Part shown: positions 29,298 to 38,056 of the stretch, piece by piece
Layout: each line of letters starts with the position of its first letter
Numbering within the stretch: position 1 is the first letter of the stretch
Assembly (NCBI GenBank): GCA_963664195.1
Contig: OY760907.1
Span: 1,088,001-1,152,000, forward strand
Reading direction: 5' to 3'
Length of the DNA: 64,000 nt
From: an uncultured candidate division Zixibacteria bacterium
GTDB taxonomy: Bacteria > Zixibacteria > MSB-5A5 > GN15 > FEB-12
Made by a program: the position numbers and the translations under genes
Notes under the pieces: generated by a model
What the model saw: the letters and a program-made list of their open reading frames with translations, nothing else
Told to the model about the DNA's origin: nothing
The model's database searches: none

Positions 29298-29855
29298 CTA
29301 CTCCGGGACAACTTCCGGATCAGCAATATCTCCGGATATTTGACTAAGAATACGGAAGCGGGACAGGTCGCGGGGAGCCAGCAGCCCCCATCCGGAGACG
29401 GTACGCCCGGGCATGGTGATCGTGACAAAAGCGTCGGTATGAATCTTGTCGATCTTAGGATCCCAAATCAGATAATCGGTATCGAGGCGTATGCTGTCTC
29501 GTGTATCAACCACCACGTGGCCATAGACTTCCATGTACTCGCTGCCCTCACGAATGATCCCGGAATCGCCCACCAGCGTGGAGGTTATCTCGCCAAGGCT
29601 GTCCAGAAAGTCCACGTCGAGGACGTAACCCATGGTCGAATCGATCTCCACAAACCGTACGATTCGATCGGCACGAATTTCTGTGGTCTTCTCGCCGCGC
29701 GTGTACAGATACATGGTGGCACCGCTGATCTCCGAGTCCGGCCTGCCCAGACTATCGACTGCACCCGCCCGTCCGTTGTCGGAGACGGTTCTGTCGCTGC
29801 ACCCGACAAGGGCGAGCATCAGTAGCATCAGGGCTGTCAATATCTTTGTGGCCAT
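29298..29855 (-). CDS. lptC: LPS export protein LptC
   Basis: Signal/lipobox; beta-jellyroll pattern G.VVV.T.D...L.TD.L.W...I.TDAFV.I; downstream of kds/lpxL genes. Confidence 0.8.
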   Translation of the reverse strand: MATKILTALMLLMLALVGCSDRTVSDNGRAGAVDSLGRPDSEISGATMYLYTRGEKTTEIRADRIVRFVEIDSTMGYVLDVDFLDSLGEITSTLVGDSGIIREGSEYMEVYGHVVVDTRDSIRLDTDYLIWDPKIDKIHTDAFVTITMPGRTVSGWGLLAPRDLSRFRILSQISGDIADPEVVPE

Positions 29856-29944
29856 AGCTCCTCGTTGCGTATCCTTATACTGTATATCGGCGAGACAAGA
29901 TGGCACAATATATCGATTTGTCAAGGCCTATACGTCGTTCCCAA

Positions 29945-30160
29945 GGGTCCACGAGGACCTGTTATTGTGGGCGGCAGACGCCCTCGTCTGCCCCAGCCTA
30001 TCCTCCCACAAAGTTGTTTCGGTGTTTCGTTGAGGCGAAGAGAAGGTCCTGGTCTGCAATAATCCTCGCAGGTCTGAAGACAGACCTGCGCTACGAATCC
30101 TGACCCCATCCACGAAATCACCAGTGTTTCAACGGGCACACTATCGTGTGCCACGCACGA
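29945..30160. repeat. REP-like cluster containing an inverted doublet (REPIN-like)
   Basis: 29967 (+) GTGGGCGGCAGACG..CGTCTGCC, 30158 (-) GTGCGTGGCACACG..GTGTGCCC, and internal (-) GTAGCGCAGGTCTG-TCTT-CAGACCTGC. Confidence 0.8.
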
Positions 30161-30171
30161 GAGTACTCCGT

Positions 30172-31083
30172 TCAATCGAGAGGATTCTGCCTCCGCGTGC
30201 GCCAGCGATTGTGCAGCCAGATCCACTGGTCACGGTGCTCGTCGATGATCTTCTCAAGTTCACGCGTGCAGGCCAACGTGACGTTGTAGACGTCGGTATC
30301 GAAATCACCGCTCGATTCAATCTCGATCGGCGGCTTAACGATGATCCGGTACTGATGGTCCTCAGTCCGCAGGCAAGCCACCGGAAGGAAATGAGCGCCG
30401 GTCTTCAGACCAAGAATCGTCTGCCCGATGGGGGTATTGGACCAGCGTCCAAAGGCCGGGATGAACGTACCGCGCACGCGATGGGAGTCGGTGTCGATCA
30501 AAACGCCCAGCCCTTTGCCCTGTTTCAGCCAGCTCAGGATCTTCTTGGGCGAGTCCGTGGTCGAGATATTCTTCAACCCGACCGCCTCGCGATTCTCCAC
30601 TAGAATCTTGTCGAGTCGTTTGTCGTAGATTTCACGCCCCACCACCGCTGTCTCATACCCTTCGCTGTTCATATACGCAGCCAGCAGTTCGAAATTCCCT
30701 ATATGCCCTGTTATGCCGATGACGCCTTTGCCACTGCCGAACGCGGCCTTCAAGTGCTCCACCCCGTCGACTGTCACCAGCGGCTTGATCTCATTGAAAA
30801 AGTGTTTTTTGAACCGGAAGACATCGGCGAGATTTCCGCCCATATTAATGAAGAAACTTCGCCCGATTGATTCCCTCTCACGCATCGTTAGGCGATCACC
30901 ATAAGCGAGCGACAGGTGCCGGATGGTCTTGTATTGATCTTTGCCGGAGAGTTTCCAGACGGCAAGACCGACCCATTCTCCGATATAAATGGCAAGTCTG
31001 CGCGGGACGGCGTTGAACAGCCGGATCACCGTCCGGGTCAGCGCCACCACGAGCGTCCTCTTGATTCGCTTGCGAAGTTTCAT
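30172..31083 (-). CDS. Lipid A biosynthesis acyltransferase (LpxL/HtrB family)
   Basis: TGHIGNFE, LIDTD, QWIWLHNRW; located in the Kdo operon. Confidence 0.85.
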   Translation of the reverse strand: MKLRKRIKRTLVVALTRTVIRLFNAVPRRLAIYIGEWVGLAVWKLSGKDQYKTIRHLSLAYGDRLTMRERESIGRSFFINMGGNLADVFRFKKHFFNEIKPLVTVDGVEHLKAAFGSGKGVIGITGHIGNFELLAAYMNSEGYETAVVGREIYDKRLDKILVENREAVGLKNISTTDSPKKILSWLKQGKGLGVLIDTDSHRVRGTFIPAFGRWSNTPIGQTILGLKTGAHFLPVACLRTEDHQYRIIVKPPIEIESSGDFDTDVYNVTLACTRELEKIIDEHRDQWIWLHNRWRTRRQNPLD

Positions 31084-31089
31084 CGTCTA

Positions 31090-31719
31090 TCAGTTCCGAT
31101 CGGGAAGGGCCAGCGACGCTCCCAGTGCCACGAACACCGACCCGGTGACCCAGCGCTGGAATTTCCAGAATGTCGGTCGCCGATCCAGCCATCCGCCTAT
31201 CTGCCCGAAAAGCAGGCCGACTGAGACGTTGACAGTCGTGCCGGTGCAGGTGATGATGACGCCGAGTATCAAGACCTGCAGGGCGACTGATCCTCGCGAC
31301 GGGTCAACAAACTGCGGCAGAAACGACAGGAAGAACAAAGCTACTTTCGGATTAAGAATACTCGTAACGACACCCTGAAAGAAGATTCTCGAAAGCGATG
31401 CGTGGGCAAGCCGCTTCGGAGAGGAAGCTCCGCCTCGGGACATAACAGTCCGGACGCCCAGATAGACCAGGTAAGCAGCGCCTGCGTATTTGACTATCGT
31501 GAACGCTGTCGCCGAGAACATCAGCAGCGCCGACAGGCCCATCGCCGCAAAAACCGTGTGCAGCAGTCCGCCAGTCCCTATCGCCAGCCCCGAGATGATT
31601 CCCGCTGCACGTCCCTGGCCGACCGCGCGAGTGGCACAGTACAGCATATCGGGACCGGGCGTCAGGTTAAGCGCCACAGCGGCACCGATGAAAAGCATCA
31701 GGTTGGAGAATTCAAACAT
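31090..31719 (-). CDS. LysE/RhtB family translocator
   Basis: LTPGPDM, KYAGAAYL, LNPKVALFF..FLPQF. Confidence 0.92.
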   Translation of the reverse strand: MFEFSNLMLFIGAAVALNLTPGPDMLYCATRAVGQGRAAGIISGLAIGTGGLLHTVFAAMGLSALLMFSATAFTIVKYAGAAYLVYLGVRTVMSRGGASSPKRLAHASLSRIFFQGVVTSILNPKVALFFLSFLPQFVDPSRGSVALQVLILGVIITCTGTTVNVSVGLLFGQIGGWLDRRPTFWKFQRWVTGSVFVALGASLALPDRN

Positions 31720-31775
31720 GTCAGCCGACTCCTAATCCGGGGAACGCGCGCATTACTTCACGCTCTTCTACACCG

Positions 31776-32747
31776 TCAGACGAGTTTGGATTTGAGAATG
31801 TCATGCAAATGGATAACACCAACCAGCTTGTTCTCATCATCGACGGTCGGAAGCTGCGTGATGGCGTGCTTCTCCATCAGTGCCAGAGCGGCATCCAGGA
31901 TTTCGTCCTGACTGATGGCTTTTGATCCGCGAATCATGACATCGTTGGCAGTCATCTTGATCAAATCCCTGTCGAGGACTTTCTCCCAGAGTCTGCGAAG
32001 ATCACCGTCGGTGAAGATGCCACCGATAGTCCCGTCATCGTTCTGCAGCAGGGCGCAACCGAGCCGTTTGGCGGTCATTACGAGCATCATCTCGGAAAGA
32101 GTTGTATCCGCCGACACGAGCGGGACTTCATCGCCTGTGTGGTGTACATCGGAAACACGCTTGACCAGCCGTCGACCGAGAAATCCACCCGGGTGCAAAG
32201 TGGCGAAATCTTCGGCAGAGAAGTTACGTGCACGCAACAATGCTACTGCAATCGCATCCCCCATTACCAGCGCGGCGGTAGAGGACGAGGTCGGCACCAG
32301 ATTGTTCGGACAGGCTTCCTTGGCAACCGAGCAGTCAAGCGCAATGTCGGCACGACGGAACAGATCCGATTCGACCGTACCGCCGAGCACGATGATCTTG
32401 ACGCCCAGCCGTCGGGCGGTGGCGATGATCTCGCCCAGTTCGTTGATCTGCCCGGACTTGGAGAGCGCCATCAGGATATCGTTTGGCTGAATAAGCCCAA
32501 GGTCGCCGTGGAGCGCCTCGGCCGGATGCAGGAAAAATGCAGAGGTGCCGGTGGAGTTGAAAGTCGCGACAATCTTACGTGCGACATGACCCGATTTACC
32601 CATGCCGGTAACAATCACGCGGCCGGTGCAATGCAGTATCATCTCAACGGCAAAATCAAAATGCTCGTCAAGCCGATCGGCCATGGCGGTGATGGCCTCA
32701 GCCTCAACCCGCATTACTTCCCTGGCATGTTTTTGCGAATCGCTCAC
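31776..32747 (-). CDS. kdsD: Arabinose-5-phosphate isomerase KdsD/KpsF (SIS plus CBS)
   Basis: GMGKSGH, HPAEALHGDLG, EACP..LVPT.S, HPGG.LG, FTDGDLRR. Confidence 0.95.
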   Translation of the reverse strand: MSDSQKHAREVMRVEAEAITAMADRLDEHFDFAVEMILHCTGRVIVTGMGKSGHVARKIVATFNSTGTSAFFLHPAEALHGDLGLIQPNDILMALSKSGQINELGEIIATARRLGVKIIVLGGTVESDLFRRADIALDCSVAKEACPNNLVPTSSSTAALVMGDAIAVALLRARNFSAEDFATLHPGGFLGRRLVKRVSDVHHTGDEVPLVSADTTLSEMMLVMTAKRLGCALLQNDDGTIGGIFTDGDLRRLWEKVLDRDLIKMTANDVMIRGSKAISQDEILDAALALMEKHAITQLPTVDDENKLVGVIHLHDILKSKLV

Positions 32748-33274
32748 GGCACCAGTTCCGTTGGGTTTATTCCGACGGCTTCAAAATACAGTTCCAGAAC
32801 TTCGCGTACCGCACCCTTGCCGCCGTCCTTGGCCGTCACGTAGTCGACCGCATCGATCAGTTCCTTCGCCGAGTCAGCGACTGCAATCGACAGACCGCAC
32901 TGACGGGCAAGTTTGATGTCCAGAATCTCGTTGCCGACAAAGGCCATCTGCGAGAACTCAAGCCCCAGCCCTTTGAGCACCGGACGGGCCATTTCGACTT
33001 TGTCTTTCTTGCCCTGCATGACGTGTCTGACACCAAGGTCTTTCATGCGTGTATCGGTGGCGGCGGAGTAACGTCCGGAGATGATCGCCAGTTCGAGACC
33101 GTTGCGCATCGCGAGGACCATATACAGGCCGTCGGAGATGTTAAACTTCTTCGCCTCGAACCCGTCGGGGCCGAAAAAGATGCTGTCGTCGGTCAGGACG
33201 CCGTCGACATCAAACGCGATCAGTTTGATCTCGCGGAATTTTCTGAGCAGTTCGTCTTTGGTCAGTTTGGCCAT
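32744..33274 (-). CDS. kdsC: Kdo-8-phosphate phosphatase
   Basis: FDVDGVLTD, ISGR, GGKGAVRE. Confidence 0.92.
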   Translation of the reverse strand: MAKLTKDELLRKFREIKLIAFDVDGVLTDDSIFFGPDGFEAKKFNISDGLYMVLAMRNGLELAIISGRYSAATDTRMKDLGVRHVMQGKKDKVEMARPVLKGLGLEFSQMAFVGNEILDIKLARQCGLSIAVADSAKELIDAVDYVTAKDGGKGAVREVLELYFEAVGINPTELVP

Positions 33275-33280
33275 ATCGGT

Positions 33281-34075
33281 TTACTTATCCGCCTCCCTGA
33301 TTTTCAGGACCGCATCGAGCAGCCTTTCCATCTCCGACAAGGGCAGCATCGCGGCTGCGTCGGAAAGCCCCTCGCTCGGGTTGGGATGTGTCTCCACAAA
33401 AAGGCCGTCGATCCCAACAGCCGCGGCCGCACGGGCCATCGGCAGAATGAACTCCGGCTGGCCGAGCGAGACACCGTCGCCGCCGCCCGGAAGTTGCAGA
33501 GAGTGGGTGGCATCGAAGACAACCGGATGCCCGGTGCGCTTCATTATCAAGAGCGAGCGGAAATCGACTACGAGTGAACGATAGCCGAAAAACGTGCCGC
33601 GTTCGGTGAGCATGACTTTGTCGGTCTGGGTCTTTTCGGCAGCTTTTCCCATATCTTCAGGGGCGAGAAACTGTCCCTTCTTGATGTTCACCCATTTGCC
33701 GGTGGCGCCGGCTTTGGCGAGAAGGTCAGTCTGTCGGCAGAGGAAGGCGGGAATCTGGAGGATATCGGCCACCTCGGCGACTTCGTCGACCTGGTCGGTC
33801 TCGTGAATATCGGTCAATATGGGAACGTTGAACTCTTCTTTGATCTTCCTGAGCACGGTCAGACCCGCCTTGCGACCGGGACCCGTGTACGATCCGGCGG
33901 AGGTACGGTTGGCCTTCTGGAAGGAGGCTTTGAAGACGTACGGTATACCGAGTTTGTCGGTCAGGGCGGTGAGTTTGTCGGCGATTTGTGTGCAGATCGA
34001 TTCGGATTCGATGACGCACGGTCCTGCAATGAGGAAGAATTCGCCGTTTTCGATTCTTTTGAGGGTGTCAGCCAT
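33281..34075 (-). CDS. kdsA: Kdo-8-phosphate synthase
   Basis: IAGPCVIE, KASF.KANRTS, QIPAFLCRQTDLL, KKGQF, ERG, DATHS. Confidence 0.97.
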   Translation of the reverse strand: MADTLKRIENGEFFLIAGPCVIESESICTQIADKLTALTDKLGIPYVFKASFQKANRTSAGSYTGPGRKAGLTVLRKIKEEFNVPILTDIHETDQVDEVAEVADILQIPAFLCRQTDLLAKAGATGKWVNIKKGQFLAPEDMGKAAEKTQTDKVMLTERGTFFGYRSLVVDFRSLLIMKRTGHPVVFDATHSLQLPGGGDGVSLGQPEFILPMARAAAAVGIDGLFVETHPNPSEGLSDAAAMLPLSEMERLLDAVLKIREADK

Positions 34076-34145
34076 GGGGAGAATATACGGTTTGGGAGTT
34101 GAAATGAAAGAGGAAAAGGGGGGGGCAAAGGTGGGCTCGGTCTGC

Positions 34146-34225
34146 GTAGGTCAGGCCCGTCTTCGGGCCTGACTGTAAGGAGAGTCCGCCGCAGGCGGAC
34201 GAGACGCCCGACATGGACCCGACCG
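34146..34225 (+). repeat. REP-like hairpin elements
   Basis: GTAGGTCAGGCCCG-TCTT-CGGGCCTGAC; also GTCCGCC-gca-GGCGGAC followed by GAGACGCCCGACA, similar to 965-996. Confidence 0.75.
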
Positions 34226-34309
34226 CCCCTATTACTGTATAAGGAAACAGCGCCCGCAACCAACATGGGAGAATATCGGGACGCAAAACTCGGACCGGGG
34301 AAAATATGC

Positions 34310-35116
34310 ATGAATCTCTATAGAAACGCGGTGATATGCCTGCTGGTGGCTCTTCTCGTAGCCGGATGCGCGACCTTCAAACCGACAGTTGAGCAGTACC
34401 AGACCGATTTCAAACACGGGTTGCCGACCGACCAGATCGGTAATTGGTTTGTAACGGCTCGCGTTGTTGAGAGCCAATCACAAGACGAGGACACCTCATA
34501 CACCGAAAGCCCCGTGCGGATTGTGCTTGAGTCACACTATGCCTTCAAAGGCGATAATCCGCCCCGGTACGATCTGATCCCTGAGCTGAGAATAGATTCA
34601 CTAGTCGTGACGGCTAATCGAAAGGTCGACACAATCCCATTCGTGCTGTTACATCAACCTGCGAAATACTATCCTCAAGGTGAGCACTATCTGTCTGGTC
34701 CGGCACTGGAAGCAGAGTCGAAGGGCACAATCCCGGACAGACTCCCGTTGGATTTCGGCTATGTTCTCATGGTTCGCGATCCAGCTTCAGACTCGCTGAT
34801 GGCGCGCAGGCGAGGTGCTCACACCTTGCTAGGCACTTATCCGGGGATGCTCCGTAGATGGATGGAGTTGGCGTATCCCAACCCGTTCTCACCAACAACC
34901 AGTATGCGCTACCACTTGCCTGACACAGCGCTTGTGCAGATCCTCGTCTACAACGTTGAGGGCAAACTTGTGGACACACTGGCCAATGACACGATGCCGC
35001 CCGGCGAACATGAGGTTGCATGGGATGCCGACGGAGTTGATTCCGGAGTGTACTTCTATAGAATCATGTTGAACGGTGTCGTCGCCGAGACGAAGAAGAT
35101 GCTGTTGTTGAGGTAA
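34310..35116 (+). CDS. Lipoprotein with C-terminal YPNPF (T9SS-CTD/FlgD-Ig-like) domain
   Basis: Lipobox VAGC; AYPNPFSPTT...IL.YNV.G.LV.TL...G.H...W...SGVYFYR...KKMLLLR. Confidence 0.8.
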   Translation: MNLYRNAVICLLVALLVAGCATFKPTVEQYQTDFKHGLPTDQIGNWFVTARVVESQSQDEDTSYTESPVRIVLESHYAFKGDNPPRYDLIPELRIDSLVVTANRKVDTIPFVLLHQPAKYYPQGEHYLSGPALEAESKGTIPDRLPLDFGYVLMVRDPASDSLMARRRGAHTLLGTYPGMLRRWMELAYPNPFSPTTSMRYHLPDTALVQILVYNVEGKLVDTLANDTMPPGEHEVAWDADGVDSGVYFYRIMLNGVVAETKKMLLLR

Positions 35117-35125
35117 GGAGCCCCC

Positions 35126-35326
35126 CTACCCCACTCTCCAGACAAATGCCCTTCCGCCTTCGCGGGTGCGGGTCAGGTTGATCTCGTCCTCGAGTTTGGC
35201 TACCCACGTCGGGCACGGTCGGTCATACGGCAGGCTCAACCTGTCGCGAAGTTCCGCCCAGGTGAGACCGTCGCGGTTGCGTTTCAGTTCGGTTTCGATA
35301 ACGTCTCGAAATTCTACGTAGCGCAT
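35126..35326 (-). CDS. Small hypothetical protein, possible winged HTH
   Basis: 66 aa; GLTWAELRDRL...W...LE...helix and VWRV wing-like end. Confidence 0.55.
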   Translation of the reverse strand: MRYVEFRDVIETELKRNRDGLTWAELRDRLSLPYDRPCPTWVAKLEDEINLTRTREGGRAFVWRVG

Positions 35327-35370
35327 AGTGAACTCGCTTCTCTCTTCATCCTCCGACGCGGGGCCATGTC

Positions 35371-35961
35371 TCAATCGTCGCTCAGGATTGTCTGCCGTTT
35401 CTCCTCGAATTTGACGAGGCTGCACTCGTACTCACGCCGGTAGGTCTCGGCACCGTCGAGATCAATCATCCGGGCCGTGAAAGTGAGAGTCACAGCATCG
35501 TCGTCTTTTGGAATGCCGGCCACATGGAAGCCTACTCCGCGATCGTGTCTCGAACGCTGCTGTTTTGCGGGTACGACAAGGCTCTTTCCAGAGGGTTGGC
35601 AAACCACATTCAACGTATCCACGTGAACGAAGCGCGGAATCGTATCAGTCTGCATCGGCATACCGTACAGGTTGCGAACAGAATCGCGCGGGAGACGAAA
35701 CCGGATGTCAACGTTGTATTCGTTTGATTGCACTCGATCGTAGTCTGAAGATTGGAACACCGACACCATGGCAATCTCGACCTGCCACGGCCCGAACGGT
35801 TCCGGCAACCGGTTAGTCACGGCCTTATCATTCAAGTAGGGCAAGCTGTCTGGGACCGTGTCCGGCAGAAAAAACGCACGGGTGTACCTGTTAATGCACC
35901 CGGTCATTACCACTGCGCACGTCAGCAGGATTAGGCCAACCCGTGAACGTGTCTGTTTCAC
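35371..35961 (-). CDS. Hypothetical lipoprotein
   Basis: Lipobox MTGC; resembles 23729-24349. Confidence 0.7.
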   Translation of the reverse strand: MKQTRSRVGLILLTCAVVMTGCINRYTRAFFLPDTVPDSLPYLNDKAVTNRLPEPFGPWQVEIAMVSVFQSSDYDRVQSNEYNVDIRFRLPRDSVRNLYGMPMQTDTIPRFVHVDTLNVVCQPSGKSLVVPAKQQRSRHDRGVGFHVAGIPKDDDAVTLTFTARMIDLDGAETYRREYECSLVKFEEKRQTILSDD

Positions 35962-35974
35962 ATCGCTGCCATTC

Positions 35975-36361
35975 TTATTGCGAGGACTTGCGGAAGTGCC
36001 ATTTCACGCGGTCGCCCTCGGCGGTTACGTAATCATCGGCGGCTATCTGGCCCATACTGTCATTGACCGAATACACCCAGTAATAGGACGAACCGCCCTC
36101 TACAGCGTCTATAGAAGTTACGAAAACGCCCATCGCGGAGTTGCGGTATTCCACTCTGTGACTTACCTGAAGTAGCTCGAAAACGCTTGTAGAGTCGATT
36201 CCTGCCAACTCGATAGTCACGCTGTCGACCGGCTGAACGACCGCTGACTCGGCTTGATCGTTGGCGGAGTTGTCGGCCTCTGGAGTTTCATGGGAACAGG
36301 ATACTTGCAGAAGCACACAGAAAGTGAGCACCCAGACAGAAGGGATATAACGTCGGCCCAT
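35975..36361 (-). CDS. DUF4430 (transcobalamin C-terminal-like) lipoprotein
   Basis: Lipobox VSC; SVFELL, G.FVTSI..V, YWVYSVN, AA..Y...GD.V.W. Confidence 0.75.
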   Translation of the reverse strand: MGRRYIPSVWVLTFCVLLQVSCSHETPEADNSANDQAESAVVQPVDSVTIELAGIDSTSVFELLQVSHRVEYRNSAMGVFVTSIDAVEGGSSYYWVYSVNDSMGQIAADDYVTAEGDRVKWHFRKSSQ

Positions 36362-36791
36362 GTACAGTCTCCCAAAAAAAGAGGATATTTCGAGCGAATT
36401 TGCTGAATAGAGTGACCTGTTGATAGGTAATACGTACGACAGGCCGGGGCAAGCAACAAACCGGTGGGATTCTCCCGTTTTCCCATCTGTTCGTTCAGAG
36501 GGAGGTCTGGTCTGAATAAGAGCGGTCGGGAAGTTGTGAGCCTGGCCGCTTTTTCAACGACATCACGCGGCGGCAACTTATGTCGGAGATCGTCGTACCA
36601 GAAGTAAAACGCGGTAGGATTGAAGAGGGTCTGCATGTCCTGGGGTGGATGGAACGCAGCCCTCTCTTCCATTATTGCCCTAACGCGCACACTTCATCCT
36701 GGCACTAACACCTGAGTTCATCGATTACTAAGTTGCACCCACGGACGATCTGCCGCTATATTGCAGTCAAGGCAGATATCTGGAGGTACGC

Positions 36792-37889
36792 ATGGGGATA
36801 GATTTTGGCGGCATGATCAGGCGCTCTTTCGAGATTGCCTGGCGGTACAAGTCATTGTGGATATTCGGCTTGTTTGCTACGGCCGGCGGCAACAACTTCA
36901 ATTTCAACATGCCCAATAGCGGAGGTTTCGACACCGGCACATGGAGCGGTTTCGGCAACGGCGCCGATCTTGATTGGCTGCAAAACATGCCGGAGGAAAT
37001 GCTCGCCGGTCTGGCGGTTGGCGTTGTCCTGTTGCTCCTCTTCCTGGGTCTCCTGTTCTTTATCTGCTACAATTTGGCCATGCCGGCCATGGTCGATGCA
37101 GTCAACAAGATCACGCGCGGCGGCAGCTATCGATTCAGCTCGTCGTTCTCAAGGGGTGTAGACTTCTTCTGGCAGTTTGTTGGCCTGACGCTCATCCAGA
37201 TGATATGCGGTATCACGATTTTTGGAGTAGCCGTCATATTATATATGTTGACCCCGTTCACCCTGTTGTTGACAATTCCGGCGGCGATTGTAGTCGGATT
37301 CACGCTGTACCACACCTTCGGCCTGGCCGAGGTGGCCCTGGTCGCCCGCAACGGTACCATTGGCGACGCCATCGCAGAAGGGTTCAATCTGTTGAAGCAG
37401 AATGTCGGCAATTGCGTCATGATGTCGCTCATCCTGATCGGCTTGATTATAGCCTTCTCGATAGTATGTGGAATCGTGGCAGTCATGGCGTTTCTGCCGA
37501 TTGGCCTGATAGTGGGCGCTATGACCGGCAGCGTTGCTGCCGCCGTTATCCTGGCCCTGATAATCGGACTGCCGGTTTCACTCGTTCTGGGCGGATATAC
37601 CGGTACGTTTTTCAATTCGATGTACGTACAGTTCTATTTCCAGCTTGTGGAACCCCAACAGCCGAGGCCTTCCGGAAGAGGCGATGTCTACTATCCCGGA
37701 GCCCCACAGGGGCCTAGCTCCCCACAGGGGCCTAGCTCCCCTCAGGGACCCGCTCCCCAGGGGACTACCCCGTCGAGTCCGCCGTCCTCCGATCCGCCGT
37801 CATCGCAGCCGCCACGGCCTGATTCGGGACCGAACGACAGCAAACCGGACAGCGAGGATACCAAGCCGGGCAGCGACTACAACATCTGA
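36792..37889 (+). CDS. Multi-pass membrane protein with Pro/Ser-rich cytoplasmic tail
   Basis: GGAGG RBS; 6-7 hydrophobic helices; C-terminal PQGPSS repeats. Confidence 0.8.
   Translation: MGIDFGGMIRRSFEIAWRYKSLWIFGLFATAGGNNFNFNMPNSGGFDTGTWSGFGNGADLDWLQNMPEEMLAGLAVGVVLLLLFLGLLFFICYNLAMPAMVDAVNKITRGGSYRFSSSFSRGVDFFWQFVGLTLIQMICGITIFGVAVILYMLTPFTLLLTIPAAIVVGFTLYHTFGLAEVALVARNGTIGDAIAEGFNLLKQNVGNCVMMSLILIGLIIAFSIVCGIVAVMAFLPIGLIVGAMTGSVAAAVILALIIGLPVSLVLGGYTGTFFNSMYVQFYFQLVEPQQPRPSGRGDVYYPGAPQGPSSPQGPSSPQGPAPQGTTPSSPPSSDPPSSQPPRPDSGPNDSKPDSEDTKPGSDYNI
37703..37765 (+). repeat. In-frame 18-bp tandem repeat (CCCACAGGGGCCTAGCTC x2 plus degenerate copies)
   Basis: Read directly at 37703-37720 and 37721-37738; encodes PQGPSS. 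Confidence 0.85.
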
Positions 37890-38056
37890 TTTGAAGGGGC
37901 CACCCGACACCGCAAGGATTGACCCCTTATCCGTACCGTTGGACAACTGCGATGCTGTGTGTCCTCGTCCGACGGCTCCACCTGTTGCACAAGACAGAAA
38001 CCACTGTGCCTGTTTGAGGTTGATTTGAGAGACCCTGCAGTGTTAATTGCACCGAT

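Noticed and set aside
34250..34305. GGGACGCAAAAC resembling the c-di-GMP-I riboswitch core
   Set aside because: The upstream GGCAAAC/GAAA-tetraloop stem and the downstream P3/P1 pairing are not evident.
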